This document shows positions 29,501 through 34,384 of a stretch of 58,994 bases of DNA, piece by piece. Made by a program: the position numbers and the translations under genes. This DNA comes from a virus (lineage: Duplodnaviria > Caudoviricetes): the IMG/VR virus record IMGVR_UViG_3300033151_000226, positions 1 to 58,994 of that record. One strand, written 5' to 3'. Position 1 is the first letter of the stretch. Every line of letters starts with the position of its first letter. Under the pieces are notes generated by a model. The model did not search any database. It saw nothing but the letters and a program-made list of their open reading frames with translations, and had not been told where the DNA came from.

Positions 29501-29878
29501 ATCCTCGTTGGTTCGCTGCTTACCCTGCCTTACGGTTTCATCGTTATATTGCTGAGTGTAGCTCCGGTCCGGCTTCGGCTCCGCTGGCGTTACCTGGGAT
29601 CCAACATAGTCGGCAAAGCGTTCGCGGGAGTCTGTTGGGGGCTTGAACTCAAACCCTTGGCCTTCTGGTACCGTGCTCGGATCGTGCACAGGAATACCCG
29701 AATCCAAGATGTTGGTACGCTCATTGAACATATTGCGAAGCTCGGTTTCCCTTTCAGGTGTACCGGCCTTCGGTTTTAACTCCCGGTCATAGAAGCGATC
29801 CCGGACCGCTATTTTCTGATCGTAAGTTAAACCTTCCCAACGTTCGTCCTCTTGGATCTCCCGCCACGTACTCGCCAT
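11576..29878 (-). CDS. Giant (6100 aa) polyvalent DarB-like internal virion protein
   Basis: InPase-like 'NYKKGH...YGY......DGDHVDVF'; C5-MTase 'LSLFD..G/PCT.F..SG/ENP'; TGT-like 'IDSGAYS/APDVVG/PVQ/HLLG'; N6-MTase 'LEPAVGTG/GNPPF'; SNF2 'HVVGAGKT/VDEAH/QREGRIIR'; HELAH peptidase; LPD38-like 'RIPKPFE.G'. Confidence 0.93.
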   Translation of the reverse strand: MASTWREIQEDERWEGLTYDQKIAVRDRFYDRELKPKAGTPERETELRNMFNERTNILDSGIPVHDPSTVPEGQGFEFKPPTDSRERFADYVGSQVTPAEPKPDRSYTQQYNDETVRQGKQRTNEDGSTTTVLSKTAQGPDGKWYNVPGFDRDTGIDYGSDDEAIEAALSDIQAGKVNPYSTADEAVRAAEEEHVELEQPDIAGIANSYDLNTPQAPAQREQPTAAPRGVEMRDTIPFDHNGQRYMVNTAGYDNEEAAIDAFLEGDNEPGSIEQFDDNGDRIKWPASQETTINPSTPDTQARSRFARRHGADNPALDGPNDYSVDRPFQGTVTQTPETFALMEKRHKGLKALVDRGLAPDTIYSHPDLGRISDEEFTRYATRVTQLNDLTKYITPQMAGNPMLAMFSDEQWADYLGKLEMRKRGVENEEAFQKEVLADFKNGKDWIFGRVQQYAGMGKEWAAGVTQMAADHPDNMNPALEQVAKDLYEAATTNMRHAGFSRPENIILRMGSDAMDSLPYLASGMFASAVSKLPWAGEAVMAAMVAPGEYVKARIDDGKDPVQATREMVFRTLAEVVPERIFGVFQRAAIGIKGLKGLGINTLAEGGSEAVTELAHIGGDIDETMNAPTFGEGFGRIGWAFGVGMMMGGPASVPGMIADTFRDRDVKNFSPNESGITGETDAKRMKKIRPSLEKQEDRQLIDEWADPTRSDNARQVAWDILKERGVNARKWLHDELLDTMDIAPDHVLEQLKRSPHEELAKEARRVIEQRAREKQGQDLEEGKTVNLTGDPATEQGSATTLEDVATQEDTDDGQQYSGLPDQEEGRQDPIPEGEQRPPGPGREPGQEQRRQVREGREQPRTRDQQQAEVDLVNEGGEKSPPVIGDGEENLNEAAHEAATSPTNDLPEPTEGQKDAGNYKKGHVNLHGFDITIENPSGSTREGKDWQVTMVDHYGYIKRTEGNDGDHVDVFLGPEAASDRPRVAIVDQRDIETGRFDEHKIIIGAEQFKEKETYFRNYSEGFEDTQVYAGHTMTTLPALKEWLENGNQSKPFGNFDFNLFEGAKMPPAPPKEDGITSEYRSSMAEFLGQPNDSPIPDSFLKAWSKEEAGAMDRAIPKKMASISTANFTSMQESRATQLWNRLEKDLGRSPTWTEYWLAVRKKLNQGKQKELKQAATREETYFKGDLAEFTGKIEEQHGGMFEEVELLEGHLKGEKRWKKARQSDEALWEESNVTRTIKLPNGTAIKMQLKDTRGGANKTVVRSADGREVTGHLQWRDRAENWGDSRLEEWAESVLPKPEAEPEPATEPVPEAETEAGTIKEQLESFDTAPDSAIAYRPQFFVEWGGPKEGDNPHRFKVKSVQDAIDKWNDFRQQTGAGSRDLGTAKITDENGNLYVKIMYNGTLRDRADQKITPELAQTQAEGYKTKDVIFPAHEEKHFAKKHIGDQLLTSQQAAAQLEAWKREAKRIGREEDHSREVILSLFDTTGAWSQPYVDAGYDVIRYDIKDGDDLVRFMPTGDILDIHEAGKKVVGILAACPCTSFAVSGARWWKTQHDLKSSAMVEKKYGLWATDYFDTPLEYATTLVDVTKVIIEFTDPTFYVLENPIGRIATEANLPKPLLVFQPHHYGDPYTKTTQLWGEFNPALPTANVEATLGSLMHKLRGDVEEDKARRSQTPEGFAYAFFMANSTARDVEPVEGYTGTMREGDNVSGEFTPKVTADTVTTRSGQTLTFPDVRGLLFNAENDSGFGVGQKAKNDRNKLDRWLIDAAVEEARIRGDNMNRVTMAGISLNNVTIAEREGMSLYLFNVVDVADLFKVPAPAEPDVSTTQRILNDSQFVQGVYSFRSGASRPGDLSGYQKAGKAVGVALPELQGSATSQVIEMAKDGHPVFIDSGAYSAFKQSLAAYDKATTKAEKDAATALAELPFDELLARYEAIVESVGTGSKETLWIVAPDVVGKQARTIELQKEHMSALMRLAKKTNLIMPVQKGDGGFFEAVKHLGALFGDGNYVLGLPSQAEAMSPQDIENLFRNWHGPTPKAVHLLGIAANRKKLLDLKKVIEEYWPGNEAPVITSDANRLRANSKRIGEAVPAIRDRITEEKMGTAEFDDTEQMGADDIGHGWTPKQLKEYAGYIGVPLAELKVAIKQGTVQEMWDRHDILEDSAVMAAWRALHREAEYQSRGEARAEAVAQTEQPTTTDQGELFGDIKEGLGAILNTEETENEKTAERLGSEGKGALEGAPADDVPGTQEVEGSGTGTTGRSEPDSEGDRRADGGRVQPPRSVDGSTEQLPDTATGERGRGTTDGRPEVDAGTTGSPAGNERVPGRTGDSTDRTTGANAGSNYVITPSDELGSGGAKTKYKDNIKAIELLKDLEQTERMATPEEQRTLARYVGWGGIPQAFRHPSKGITKGWESEVPELEAVLTESELEAAGRSTTNAHFTSTDVIEGIYAGIRRLGFRGGRILEPAVGTGNFFGLLPETMRAKSRLVGVELDSITGRIAQQLYPQATVHAEKGFQEIPFQDNTFDLVIGNPPFGNYPITDMANRDISGWSIHNYFFGKAIKKVRPGGLVAMVISRHLMDKKVAKTRKYLESEADFLGAIRLPNTAFKENALTEVVTDIIFLQKRIPGEPSKSLNWTNVAEIPDALGGEDIVTNEYFARYPEMMLGTWQRSGSMYREDEPTLAPNEKRTLPNQIKSAVEMLPVRIYKVDTKARKRLEKPIPDAELQVDTTAKVHGYFESKGNVYQRLPDVVDPDGNTTFRSEPATLRNKKARDRMISGIRVRDSLNNLLKAEINPNSPPAALKLLRAQLNKHYNAFQKAHGYFHDQQNKLALRDDPDFPRLLALETDYSKPVSATVAKNTGQQVAASKAGKADIFKKAVAIPQTPPNHADSASDGLLISLNETGRANLERIAELTGNTEEEVAEELLEGGELFRDPKDGYVIRSEYLSGNVKRKLAEARAESETDSNMMENIKALAEVQPADIPAIEISSDMHSPWIPPDTMNEYLKDLTGWNTSYAYIPALGRWEGSQKAWAQAKPAAREYATQAVSLQRIIDHAIRGKEVKVTFKNDDGSTSVDAVATQEANAKRKELQEHFQEWLWKTPERRSMLVRHYNDNFNTQAKKKFDGSFLTFPGMNNSITLDPHQANGAWRLISDGYGLIDHVVGAGKTFLAIAAIMEKKRMGLVNKPMIVVPNHLVTQWAEDVAFLYPNANVLAATKQDFQKDNRRKFFARIATGDWDAVIVAHSSFSRIDTSPEDKAKQTAKQIRDLEISQAAVEVAAGKSDKSYKELQKKKESLQAKLEAHQSMIKTDDFMDWRELGVDDLVVDEAHEFKNLFYTTQHTRIAGLGDTKGSQKASDLYLKTEITREINGSQRGVTFLTGTPVSNTVAELYTMFRYVAPNLLRERNMDMFDGWAALFADIVSEAELDSTAQGYKMKERFRSFKNLPELLGIYRTFADQMTNEQLMKAHAEAGKRWPIPKIKGGKPENVIVERSAEQAEFMAQIVHRAENLPTRPGKGDDNMLTITYHARLAALDMRLIDPSLPDNPDSKTNVAVRNIKKTYDKWNADKGTQLVFIDLSTPKGTQKKEQREYRELLVKADSPNQTISKPAQKKLDRYSPDDVAALTSQFSVYDDMRAKLAVQGIPDNEIAFIHDYNTDVRKQLLFEQVRSGKIRILLGSTFKMGAGMNVQERLVALHHLDAPWKPADITQREGRIIRRGNSFFAKDPDGFEIEIKRYATESTYDSRMWQVQETKARYIMQLYVENPGRVMEDIGGEAANAAEMKAAASGNPYMLEQVELSQKINQLSLGETAHTRRRFDDEEEIMRLEKDGGPQGRYEERVDRMKRLVAVREANPLPDKFSLQVGANNYTKVGKAATAIESVVKGYVANKKRDPGTMPVKLFSYRGFDVSMAHSMWGNLEMYMSIEGKTVENVKSYTHIDSFSGEGALTRIKNRVSSYDEENPYAKHSLKEDTETLAVKREAIKKPYAQAEELKTARARYKVVMNLLSADSDKTPAADTEQDPQFHRKVPAGTDPFFSALVETVNQAEGMPKKGTAELYKTWLNGQQGLKRSKKTGEMVQTGGKFKAEEREWMGLDEWLDEQGSTTRKELQDFVAENQLELIEDQKGESLLTVSGEANFKHSPHGPDAAENYLTDLGAEGYEDYNYRHEGDKVIFKNLPHHVYREFAKLAYKNAGAVSYTIDTVSIDMLPTGAGVVEGPDGFYVQDEEMDIVTDSYSTEEEAITQVLNDENILNTGFPTKYANWQLPGGDKYKELILRIPVQKETVTRTTQKGFVEVREHKIRDFDPVRGGYETGEVDYFLITAHGEWSEQGYPTREEAEKHLTKPEATTVDVEKDAYKGQHFDERNIIVHIRFNTRTGPNGETILFIEEIQSDWHQAGRKKGYKSQEIPDGMVYEANGKWRLRAVHDPSVAFSTRELANTYYRSINKRSGVPDAPFKKGWNMLAMKRMIRYAAENGYDTIAWTTGQQQAERYDLSKHVKWITAKPKYKPGSGPGRVQSNLPEGSALRLDKHREWELEIGLMKGGIENIYPTDETLEDHVGKELAEKILEAEAARRAKKKELSSKLTDMEQAGASFTRVNKVTDELAEQIDLGTNGHMFSGLDLKVGGEGMKGFYDNILVKETNKFVKKWGGRVGEIEIPKQPGRSERGDLETRFENWMDENQMLDHQGDHFSHPDDILTNESISITPAQEGFLRDMSTDMIELDERMEDEGVALDPHQVTVQLMGMNNWAVTDGEGYTYEGGFNTKDEAEAAMDKMLHGGTSKQHALTITEDMYDAAMASFPMFAKNGLDLGFGAKVKRLVVGLGRITPATKQLEQAMARFLGVKVKTGTYRQVAAPTEVSGAVKAVQRVYGKKVVFFKATGDEHLNYPFNGVALPSDPKTIYVNIDNQNPFLGVTGHELAHTLEQTHPELWDQIVNVAMRHVQLGGLKKFSDKMREDTEDTARQEADDETQMFREMVANVVGDAFMDPVFIRELAKKDRNLFQRILDAIIDILKSFQKKVKARGMGSGKYFTDLGTMISDVQEILGQYEESQAETPPAGQDPMFQSEFTKRRSGDLEKQMLDANYDLKVAGDKVAQIGERLRFAKMFMAAPKKEQISMNLKLRRRVKELEADWENGTTVEPLRQVKLMQEIIKDPAVDRLEAEMESARAVSEKARERLHRQIALRNKLASQEPAFNRKYTEEQKEFMKKAGMKVQRRSLIDTFRGYMDIQWRESKRNLSDAIQHGLFDKFYGIKRAYRDYLDETETPAMDGYIAARLSTGSASVMRGILLHGAPEWRGGVISKVPGSRGLLDVFEPVKQELDDFLGWMIARRAERLMEEEKERNFDDTDIAAGLELANGTLERNGVTVQRKDLYEKVAEDFAEFKGRILDLAERAGLIDEETRPVWDKADWIPFYRVDNARQRGGIKFGKGMGLSHQTSGIRRLVGGESALSDPLGNIVMNFNHLIEASMKNLAVLETVDALDGTGALDKEGIKFNPKLIPRGGIKKMMLQDGIPEEILDMMGQLGVFDGIAKLWAMAEPAGKEVVKVMRDGKPEYYRVNDPMLLKSLTNVNIESLRGLFLPMRAAKTLLTTMITSEPGFMARNFTRDTLHAWVINEDHFIPIVDSVHGLYKSAKEEGGMLDMMFAGGSFQGGYINGTDPDASRKSIRVALRLKGYDNEYIQEHLDTVIDLTAGVWDRWRRVGDAVENANREAVYEAATKNGKERRQAIFEAKDLMDFSMHGSWAWIQMFNDMLPFFNARLQGLYKLGRSGAVPVPGLIAKEIAMRGMWIALASTALAALNSGDEDYEALEEWDKDAYWHLMPGTKFHTRIPKPFEVGVLYGTIPERMYRAAIGKDTPEKLFERMGHALMDTMAANPIPQIMRPAMEVFANESMFTGRPIEGMADRNKMKRSRYNASTSETMVAMGPFLELMGLSPKQGEFLVRGYMGTLGSYSLMAADVITREIMGRAPVPAMTARQLPVLGGFYRGSGPAWNTRYGTEMYEIHREVTELYGTVKAYEKQGDRESIEGLMDEDNRKQLKARKRIGKWARDRSKMRKAIDRIYRDPKMDPKAKREKINKIIERRNAQDAKAYKYFSPMFGRK
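22852..23223 (-). CDS. Overprinted TnpV-like protein (123 aa) inside the giant gene
   Basis: AGAGGA-N8-ATG; 'AHWKEHRPTMY.EL...K.L...L' and 'EA...V....LILPPE'; the giant frame is disordered here. Confidence 0.75.
   Translation of the reverse strand: MKRQLRGWVAKARAHWKEHRPTMYLELKKSKDLEQALQDAANQTAREIDELMEGGYSHQEAWMEVRNNYLILPPESEDEEPLTEGQKLMQELQDLQQETNEYLDELGTVQIERPEPMPGQTMS
23232..23252 (-). promoter_or_regulatory. Internal extended -10 promoter plus RBS
   Basis: TGcTATACT (23252-23244) then AGAGGA (23237-23232). Confidence 0.55.
27274..27450 (-). CDS. Overprinted 58-aa K/G/N-rich basic peptide inside the giant gene
   Basis: GAGGA-N5-ATGATG; 51 of 56 non-Met codons end in G/C by hand count. 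Confidence 0.55.
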   Translation of the reverse strand: MMDNNTAGYPIKRKGGKTPSRKVNNDHRVQDANQGKNSGGKCAKEGSNHVHGISNKPK

Positions 29879-29884
29879 TACCGC

Positions 29885-31051
29885 TTACCCCTCACCCATT
29901 GCAGCATCAAGTATCGCACCTATATCGTCGTTGTTTCCACCACCGCGCATTAACTCGCGTGCGTCGTCTTTGGCCCGCTGCATAGAGGAGTCTCTATCCT
30001 CGTCGTCGTATGAGTTTTCTGCATAGATCTTATACAGCTCCGCGGCAACCTTTCTCTCTGCTACAACCGGGTCAATGGCTCCGCGCTGTACCGCTATCTG
30101 ATAGGCTTCGAGTCGAACTTCGGCCGGGTTACGGCCTTCGTTCTCTGGCATTTGCAACAAGAGCTGGTTGATATCATCTACCGTGCGTTCTTTCTCGGTT
30201 GAAGGCGCTGGACCACCACGATAACCACTGCTGCGGCTTCCACGGACCCCGCCATAGCCACCACGGTTCTGGCCAATGTTGCCGTAACCGCTTAACCGAT
30301 TCACGATCTCTGGATTGGTAAAGGTTTGCATGAAGCCCTGGCGTAGCTGCTCCATGCTCTCAGCCTTGTGCACCTGCCCATCATCCATGGTAATGATGTA
30401 CCCGCCCGGTACGTCTGGATCCTCAGTCGTTGTGGTTCCAGGTGTGTTCGGGAAAAACTCGTCGTAGAAATCATCAAAGGCTTGCGGGCTGCCTGATATC
30501 TCTACCAGCTGATCTGCGTCTTGTGCACCACGAATCTTCTGTTGATCGTCGTACTGCTGTTCCTGCTGATTGGCAACCATACCGCCGATCTTGTCTCTGC
30601 GTTCGGCTGCCCGGTCGTTGTAGTCAACCGCTTTCATGCGCCCAGGGTGTTCCCTGTTGGCTATTTCTTCGTCACGACGGATCCCGGATATCCTGCCCGG
30701 CTGTGAAACTATGTCGGCTTGTTCGTCACGAGCGGCCCCGGATTCCTGTCTATCAATAACGTTCCGGTCGTTTTTCTTTGCATACTCGGAGCTCTCATCG
30801 TTACGGATCCCGCGCCTTGCCTTTTGCTCCCGCGCCCGCTGGTCGAAGTCCACGTTAGCTTGATCGTTCGGCCGTTCCATTTCTGACTGTTCATCCCGGC
30901 GTTCGGCTGAACGGATCTCGATCGGATCCAAGATCTCGTCAAGCATCTTGTCTCGATCAAAGGTGTAATCAGTCTGCCTGCTTTGATCGCGCATCTGTTT
31001 ACCGTTGTAGTAACCCCTGATTCCCAGTCCTGCGCCTGTTCCTGCACCCAT
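29885..31051 (-). CDS. Putative internal virion / DNA ejection protein
   Basis: Gly-rich N-terminus, Q/R/D-rich helices, directly upstream of the giant gene. Confidence 0.7.
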   Translation of the reverse strand: MGAGTGAGLGIRGYYNGKQMRDQSRQTDYTFDRDKMLDEILDPIEIRSAERRDEQSEMERPNDQANVDFDQRAREQKARRGIRNDESSEYAKKNDRNVIDRQESGAARDEQADIVSQPGRISGIRRDEEIANREHPGRMKAVDYNDRAAERRDKIGGMVANQQEQQYDDQQKIRGAQDADQLVEISGSPQAFDDFYDEFFPNTPGTTTTEDPDVPGGYIITMDDGQVHKAESMEQLRQGFMQTFTNPEIVNRLSGYGNIGQNRGGYGGVRGSRSSGYRGGPAPSTEKERTVDDINQLLLQMPENEGRNPAEVRLEAYQIAVQRGAIDPVVAERKVAAELYKIYAENSYDDEDRDSSMQRAKDDARELMRGGGNNDDIGAILDAAMGEG

Positions 31052-31938
31052 TACGCTACCCTCCGTGACGATCCAAACAGGCCGTCATAATCTACATACA
31101 AGAACCCGTTTTCAGCTTCGTGGACGAATCCTGAATCAAGGTGTTCTTGGGCAATAACGCCAGTGGTTAAGCCCTTAATTCCGTGCTTCCTGGCCAGATC
31201 GTTCCAATCCCATGAATAAAGGTTGATACCGTTCCAGCTGCCAGTTTTAACAATGTTGTCTTTAAGGCGCCTGTCACTAAAAAAGCCAGCCGCCTTGCCC
31301 CAGGCACCTGCCCAGTCAATACCGCCAATAGTTTCACCCCAACCAGCTGCGTCTGAGGATCCGGTACCCCGCGTTCCAGCTGATTGCTTGAAGCGTGAAC
31401 CGGCCATATCTTGCATTGAGTTGCCAACTTGCCCGTATGAAGCCCTAACCCCCTGGCCGAGTGATGATTGAACACCCAACAATGAGTTATGAACACCAGA
31501 AAGCCGAGAGTATTTAAGCCCGGCCGAGTCTTGCCGGGCCTTGTTGCGGATCCCGGAATGTGCAGCTGATCGTTTGATAGCGTAGTCGCGTTCACTGTGG
31601 CCATAGGCACCATCGGTAGGTTTAATGCCATATCGCTTCATTTCGCGGCGCTCCATCCCTTGAGCTGAATCAAACGACGTGTTTATGTCCCCGGCGATCG
31701 CGTTGTAGTCCGGGGTAATGCCGTCGTCGATGTGACTCATCATATCGTCGTACACCGGATCGTAGCGCCCTTGCCAGTCGGCATACTGCTCTTTCGAGAA
31801 GTCCAGTCCCTCGCGTTGCAGGGCCAGTTCATCCTCCTGGATCCCGTAACCTTTCTTCCACTGCTTGTCGGCCCGCTTATCGGACTTGTGTTTCATTATG
31901 CCGCCGACTACGGCCGCGCCAATTGCTATCCATGGCAT
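31051..31938 (-). CDS. Putative ejection (pilot) protein with C-terminal peptidase S74 chaperone domain
   Basis: 'MPWIAIGAAVVGG' start; 'SDRRLKDNI ... LYSWDW ... GVIAQE ... G..YVDY'. Confidence 0.8.
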   Translation of the reverse strand: MPWIAIGAAVVGGIMKHKSDKRADKQWKKGYGIQEDELALQREGLDFSKEQYADWQGRYDPVYDDMMSHIDDGITPDYNAIAGDINTSFDSAQGMERREMKRYGIKPTDGAYGHSERDYAIKRSAAHSGIRNKARQDSAGLKYSRLSGVHNSLLGVQSSLGQGVRASYGQVGNSMQDMAGSRFKQSAGTRGTGSSDAAGWGETIGGIDWAGAWGKAAGFFSDRRLKDNIVKTGSWNGINLYSWDWNDLARKHGIKGLTTGVIAQEHLDSGFVHEAENGFLYVDYDGLFGSSRRVA

Positions 31939-31949
31939 GATTTCATCTC

Positions 31950-33758
31950 CTACCTAATTCCCATTAAAAGACCGCGAAGGCTGTTTACTGTTGGCCGGTG
32001 CCCGTCAAAACCAGCCGCACTAAATCTAAACCACGTTTTTCCGTCCCTTCTCTCAAAAGGAAGGACTGCCGAGACATTCCTCGAACCGCCGTACTGTGCA
32101 ATATCGTGAACGGTGTAATGCACAGGTATCCAAGCACCTTCCACGGTTATTTTGTATTCAAGCCGTGTGGATCCTGCTTTCTCTCCGTCGCCGTACATCA
32201 AAAAACCAATATCGGCGTATGGTATGTGTCCGGTGTCAAAGGGCGGTTCTGGCAGTTCCCATACACCCAGTTCCAGCCAAAAGCGTTCTTCCCATGTGGA
32301 TATATCGCCTTTACCTAACTTGCCCCCTGGTGGCTTTGGAACTTGCCGGGGGCCGTCATGGTAAATGATCGCCGTCCGGCTGATCTCCCCGGATACGAAC
32401 TCCGCTTCAACCGTGCCCCGGAATACTGCGTTACCCATGTTGTCAATAAAGAATACGGGTTTACTGTCTAATGTTGGATCTTCCTCATGGGGAATATCAC
32501 CAACACCTGTAAGGCCGCTACCGGCCCACACCAAGAAGTCTGTATTTGGCCCGCCGATCTCGATACGCATGGCCCTGTAATCGGGCTCACCATGGCCGTC
32601 CTCGTCAAACAGGACGTTCCCGGCAAAGAATTTGCCAATGCCTGTGACGTACAACTCCCCGGACAGGAACATTGAGGACGTGTAGAGGGAGTTGCCCTCG
32701 TCGTCCTTGGTCAGATATCGCTGGATCCAGAACAGGCCACCGTCGCCGCCTGTTTCTTCCCGGCCGTACCATAGCGGGAAGCTCTCGTATGTTGTTCCCT
32801 CGCCATTGATCTCAAGACGCCAGTCCGGGTAGGGCCGCGTGGTAAATGTCGAAGTAATGATGTTGTTGGCCGTCATTAGCCCGGCCCAAATTGACTGTGC
32901 GTAGATCTCTCGCGCTCCGATCGTTCCGGCCTGGATAGCCTTGGCCGTGATCGTTCCATTAACGAGAAAGTGACCATCAAGGCCAATGGCCAGTGTCGTG
33001 ATCGGTTCCCCATCCTCGTTTAAGCTGTCGATCTCACCAACGATAAACGGGGCGATACTTCCGTATTCCGGGTGCTCACTGCTTGCAAGCCGGAATGTTT
33101 CAATAAAGAAATCAATATCAGTGGCCGTTTCGCCGCGTACACCATCTTGGTATTCATACGGGGACCACTCGGTAACTTCGAGCTCCCCGGTAGTAGGATT
33201 GTTCCACTCGAAGCGTACCCAGTAATATCGAACACCTGGCGATACTTCGTCTGGATCCCCGGTGGGATCACTAAAACCAATGTTTGAGTGCACGAATACA
33301 TCTGTTGCCGAGTAACCGACGATATTACCATCATCAAACAAGGTCGTTGCCGACGAATGTACCGCGGCCCGGTCCCAAGTGATATTTGGATCCCCTTGAT
33401 CTGGCCAATCCCACAAGACCATGATTCCATCCCATACGGCCTGTGTTCTTACGTTTGTCGGCCGTCCAGGTAGGTAATTGTCGCCGGGATCCACTCCGGG
33501 CGGGAATGGGCCGCCGGGTGGTGGTCGGGGGCCACCTGGGTTCGCTGGCGCTCCAATGATTGCGCCTTCAAGGTTATGATCCAAGCCGGTATTACCGTCG
33601 CGGATATCCCGGAAGGTTACGTATGCGTCCAGTGTGTCGCCGCGGTCGATATCGCGGATCCCCACTTCTACGATCTCTTTCAGTGCATTAAGCACGTCAA
33701 GGTGGTTATCTGGTGTTGGTACTGGAACCGACGGTAGCTTTGTCTTGCGTACACCCAT
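31950..33758 (-). CDS. Tail tip / host-specificity-like protein
   Basis: FN3-like 'P.RPTNV....W.W ... YYWVRF', 'GTITAKAIQAGTI' repeat; TAATG-coupled start. Confidence 0.65.
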   Translation of the reverse strand: MGVRKTKLPSVPVPTPDNHLDVLNALKEIVEVGIRDIDRGDTLDAYVTFRDIRDGNTGLDHNLEGAIIGAPANPGGPRPPPGGPFPPGVDPGDNYLPGRPTNVRTQAVWDGIMVLWDWPDQGDPNITWDRAAVHSSATTLFDDGNIVGYSATDVFVHSNIGFSDPTGDPDEVSPGVRYYWVRFEWNNPTTGELEVTEWSPYEYQDGVRGETATDIDFFIETFRLASSEHPEYGSIAPFIVGEIDSLNEDGEPITTLAIGLDGHFLVNGTITAKAIQAGTIGAREIYAQSIWAGLMTANNIITSTFTTRPYPDWRLEINGEGTTYESFPLWYGREETGGDGGLFWIQRYLTKDDEGNSLYTSSMFLSGELYVTGIGKFFAGNVLFDEDGHGEPDYRAMRIEIGGPNTDFLVWAGSGLTGVGDIPHEEDPTLDSKPVFFIDNMGNAVFRGTVEAEFVSGEISRTAIIYHDGPRQVPKPPGGKLGKGDISTWEERFWLELGVWELPEPPFDTGHIPYADIGFLMYGDGEKAGSTRLEYKITVEGAWIPVHYTVHDIAQYGGSRNVSAVLPFERRDGKTWFRFSAAGFDGHRPTVNSLRGLLMGIR

Positions 33759-34384
33759 TACATGACTGCCTTCGGTTCGTATGCTGGCCGCAAGTGTGGC
33801 GGCATGTAGGCTTCTGTTACCAGCTGGCCAAACATTTCCTTCGCTTCTTCGCAACCTTCGTCAGTTGCGAACCGGCCAAAGCCCTTTATCCGGCCGTCCT
33901 CTACCAAGATCTCGCGCAACATTTCAAGACGCTGGACCGGGAAAGGCGCCGGGATCTCCAAGTATTGCCACAAGGCCCGCAACGTATCGTGCTGGAATAG
34001 ATGTTTGTATTGGATCACCGGGACGTTTGGTACGTTCTTTACCAACCAGTGCAGGCCCGCCCACACAGCTGGCATTGATTCGTCACTACAGGATATGGTT
34101 TTAAGCGATTTGCGTACATCGTCTGCCGGTCGCAGTACCACAAAAAACCTATATCCAAGCGGCCGGAGTTGTGCCGCCAGTGTTGGCGCTATCACTCCTG
34201 CGGCTGTATCAATGCTGCCCTTAACCGGCGTATCCAGACTGTCTATTGAACTGATAAACCCATTGATACTGTCACAACCATACAGGGCTTCATGCCTGCA
34301 AAATGACGATTCCCCATGACAAAGGAAGTTTGATAACCAAGCAGTTCCGCTACGTGGAGTCGCAAAACCGAGAAACTTCATCAC
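33758..34384 (-). CDS. Sulfotransferase-fold P-loop protein
   Basis: 'PRSGTAWLSNFL', 'C.HE', 'VVLR...DV..SL', 'IQY..L'. Confidence 0.7.
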   Translation of the reverse strand: MMKFLGFATPRSGTAWLSNFLCHGESSFCRHEALYGCDSINGFISSIDSLDTPVKGSIDTAAGVIAPTLAAQLRPLGYRFFVVLRPADDVRKSLKTISCSDESMPAVWAGLHWLVKNVPNVPVIQYKHLFQHDTLRALWQYLEIPAPFPVQRLEMLREILVEDGRIKGFGRFATDEGCEEAKEMFGQLVTEAYMPPHLRPAYEPKAVM

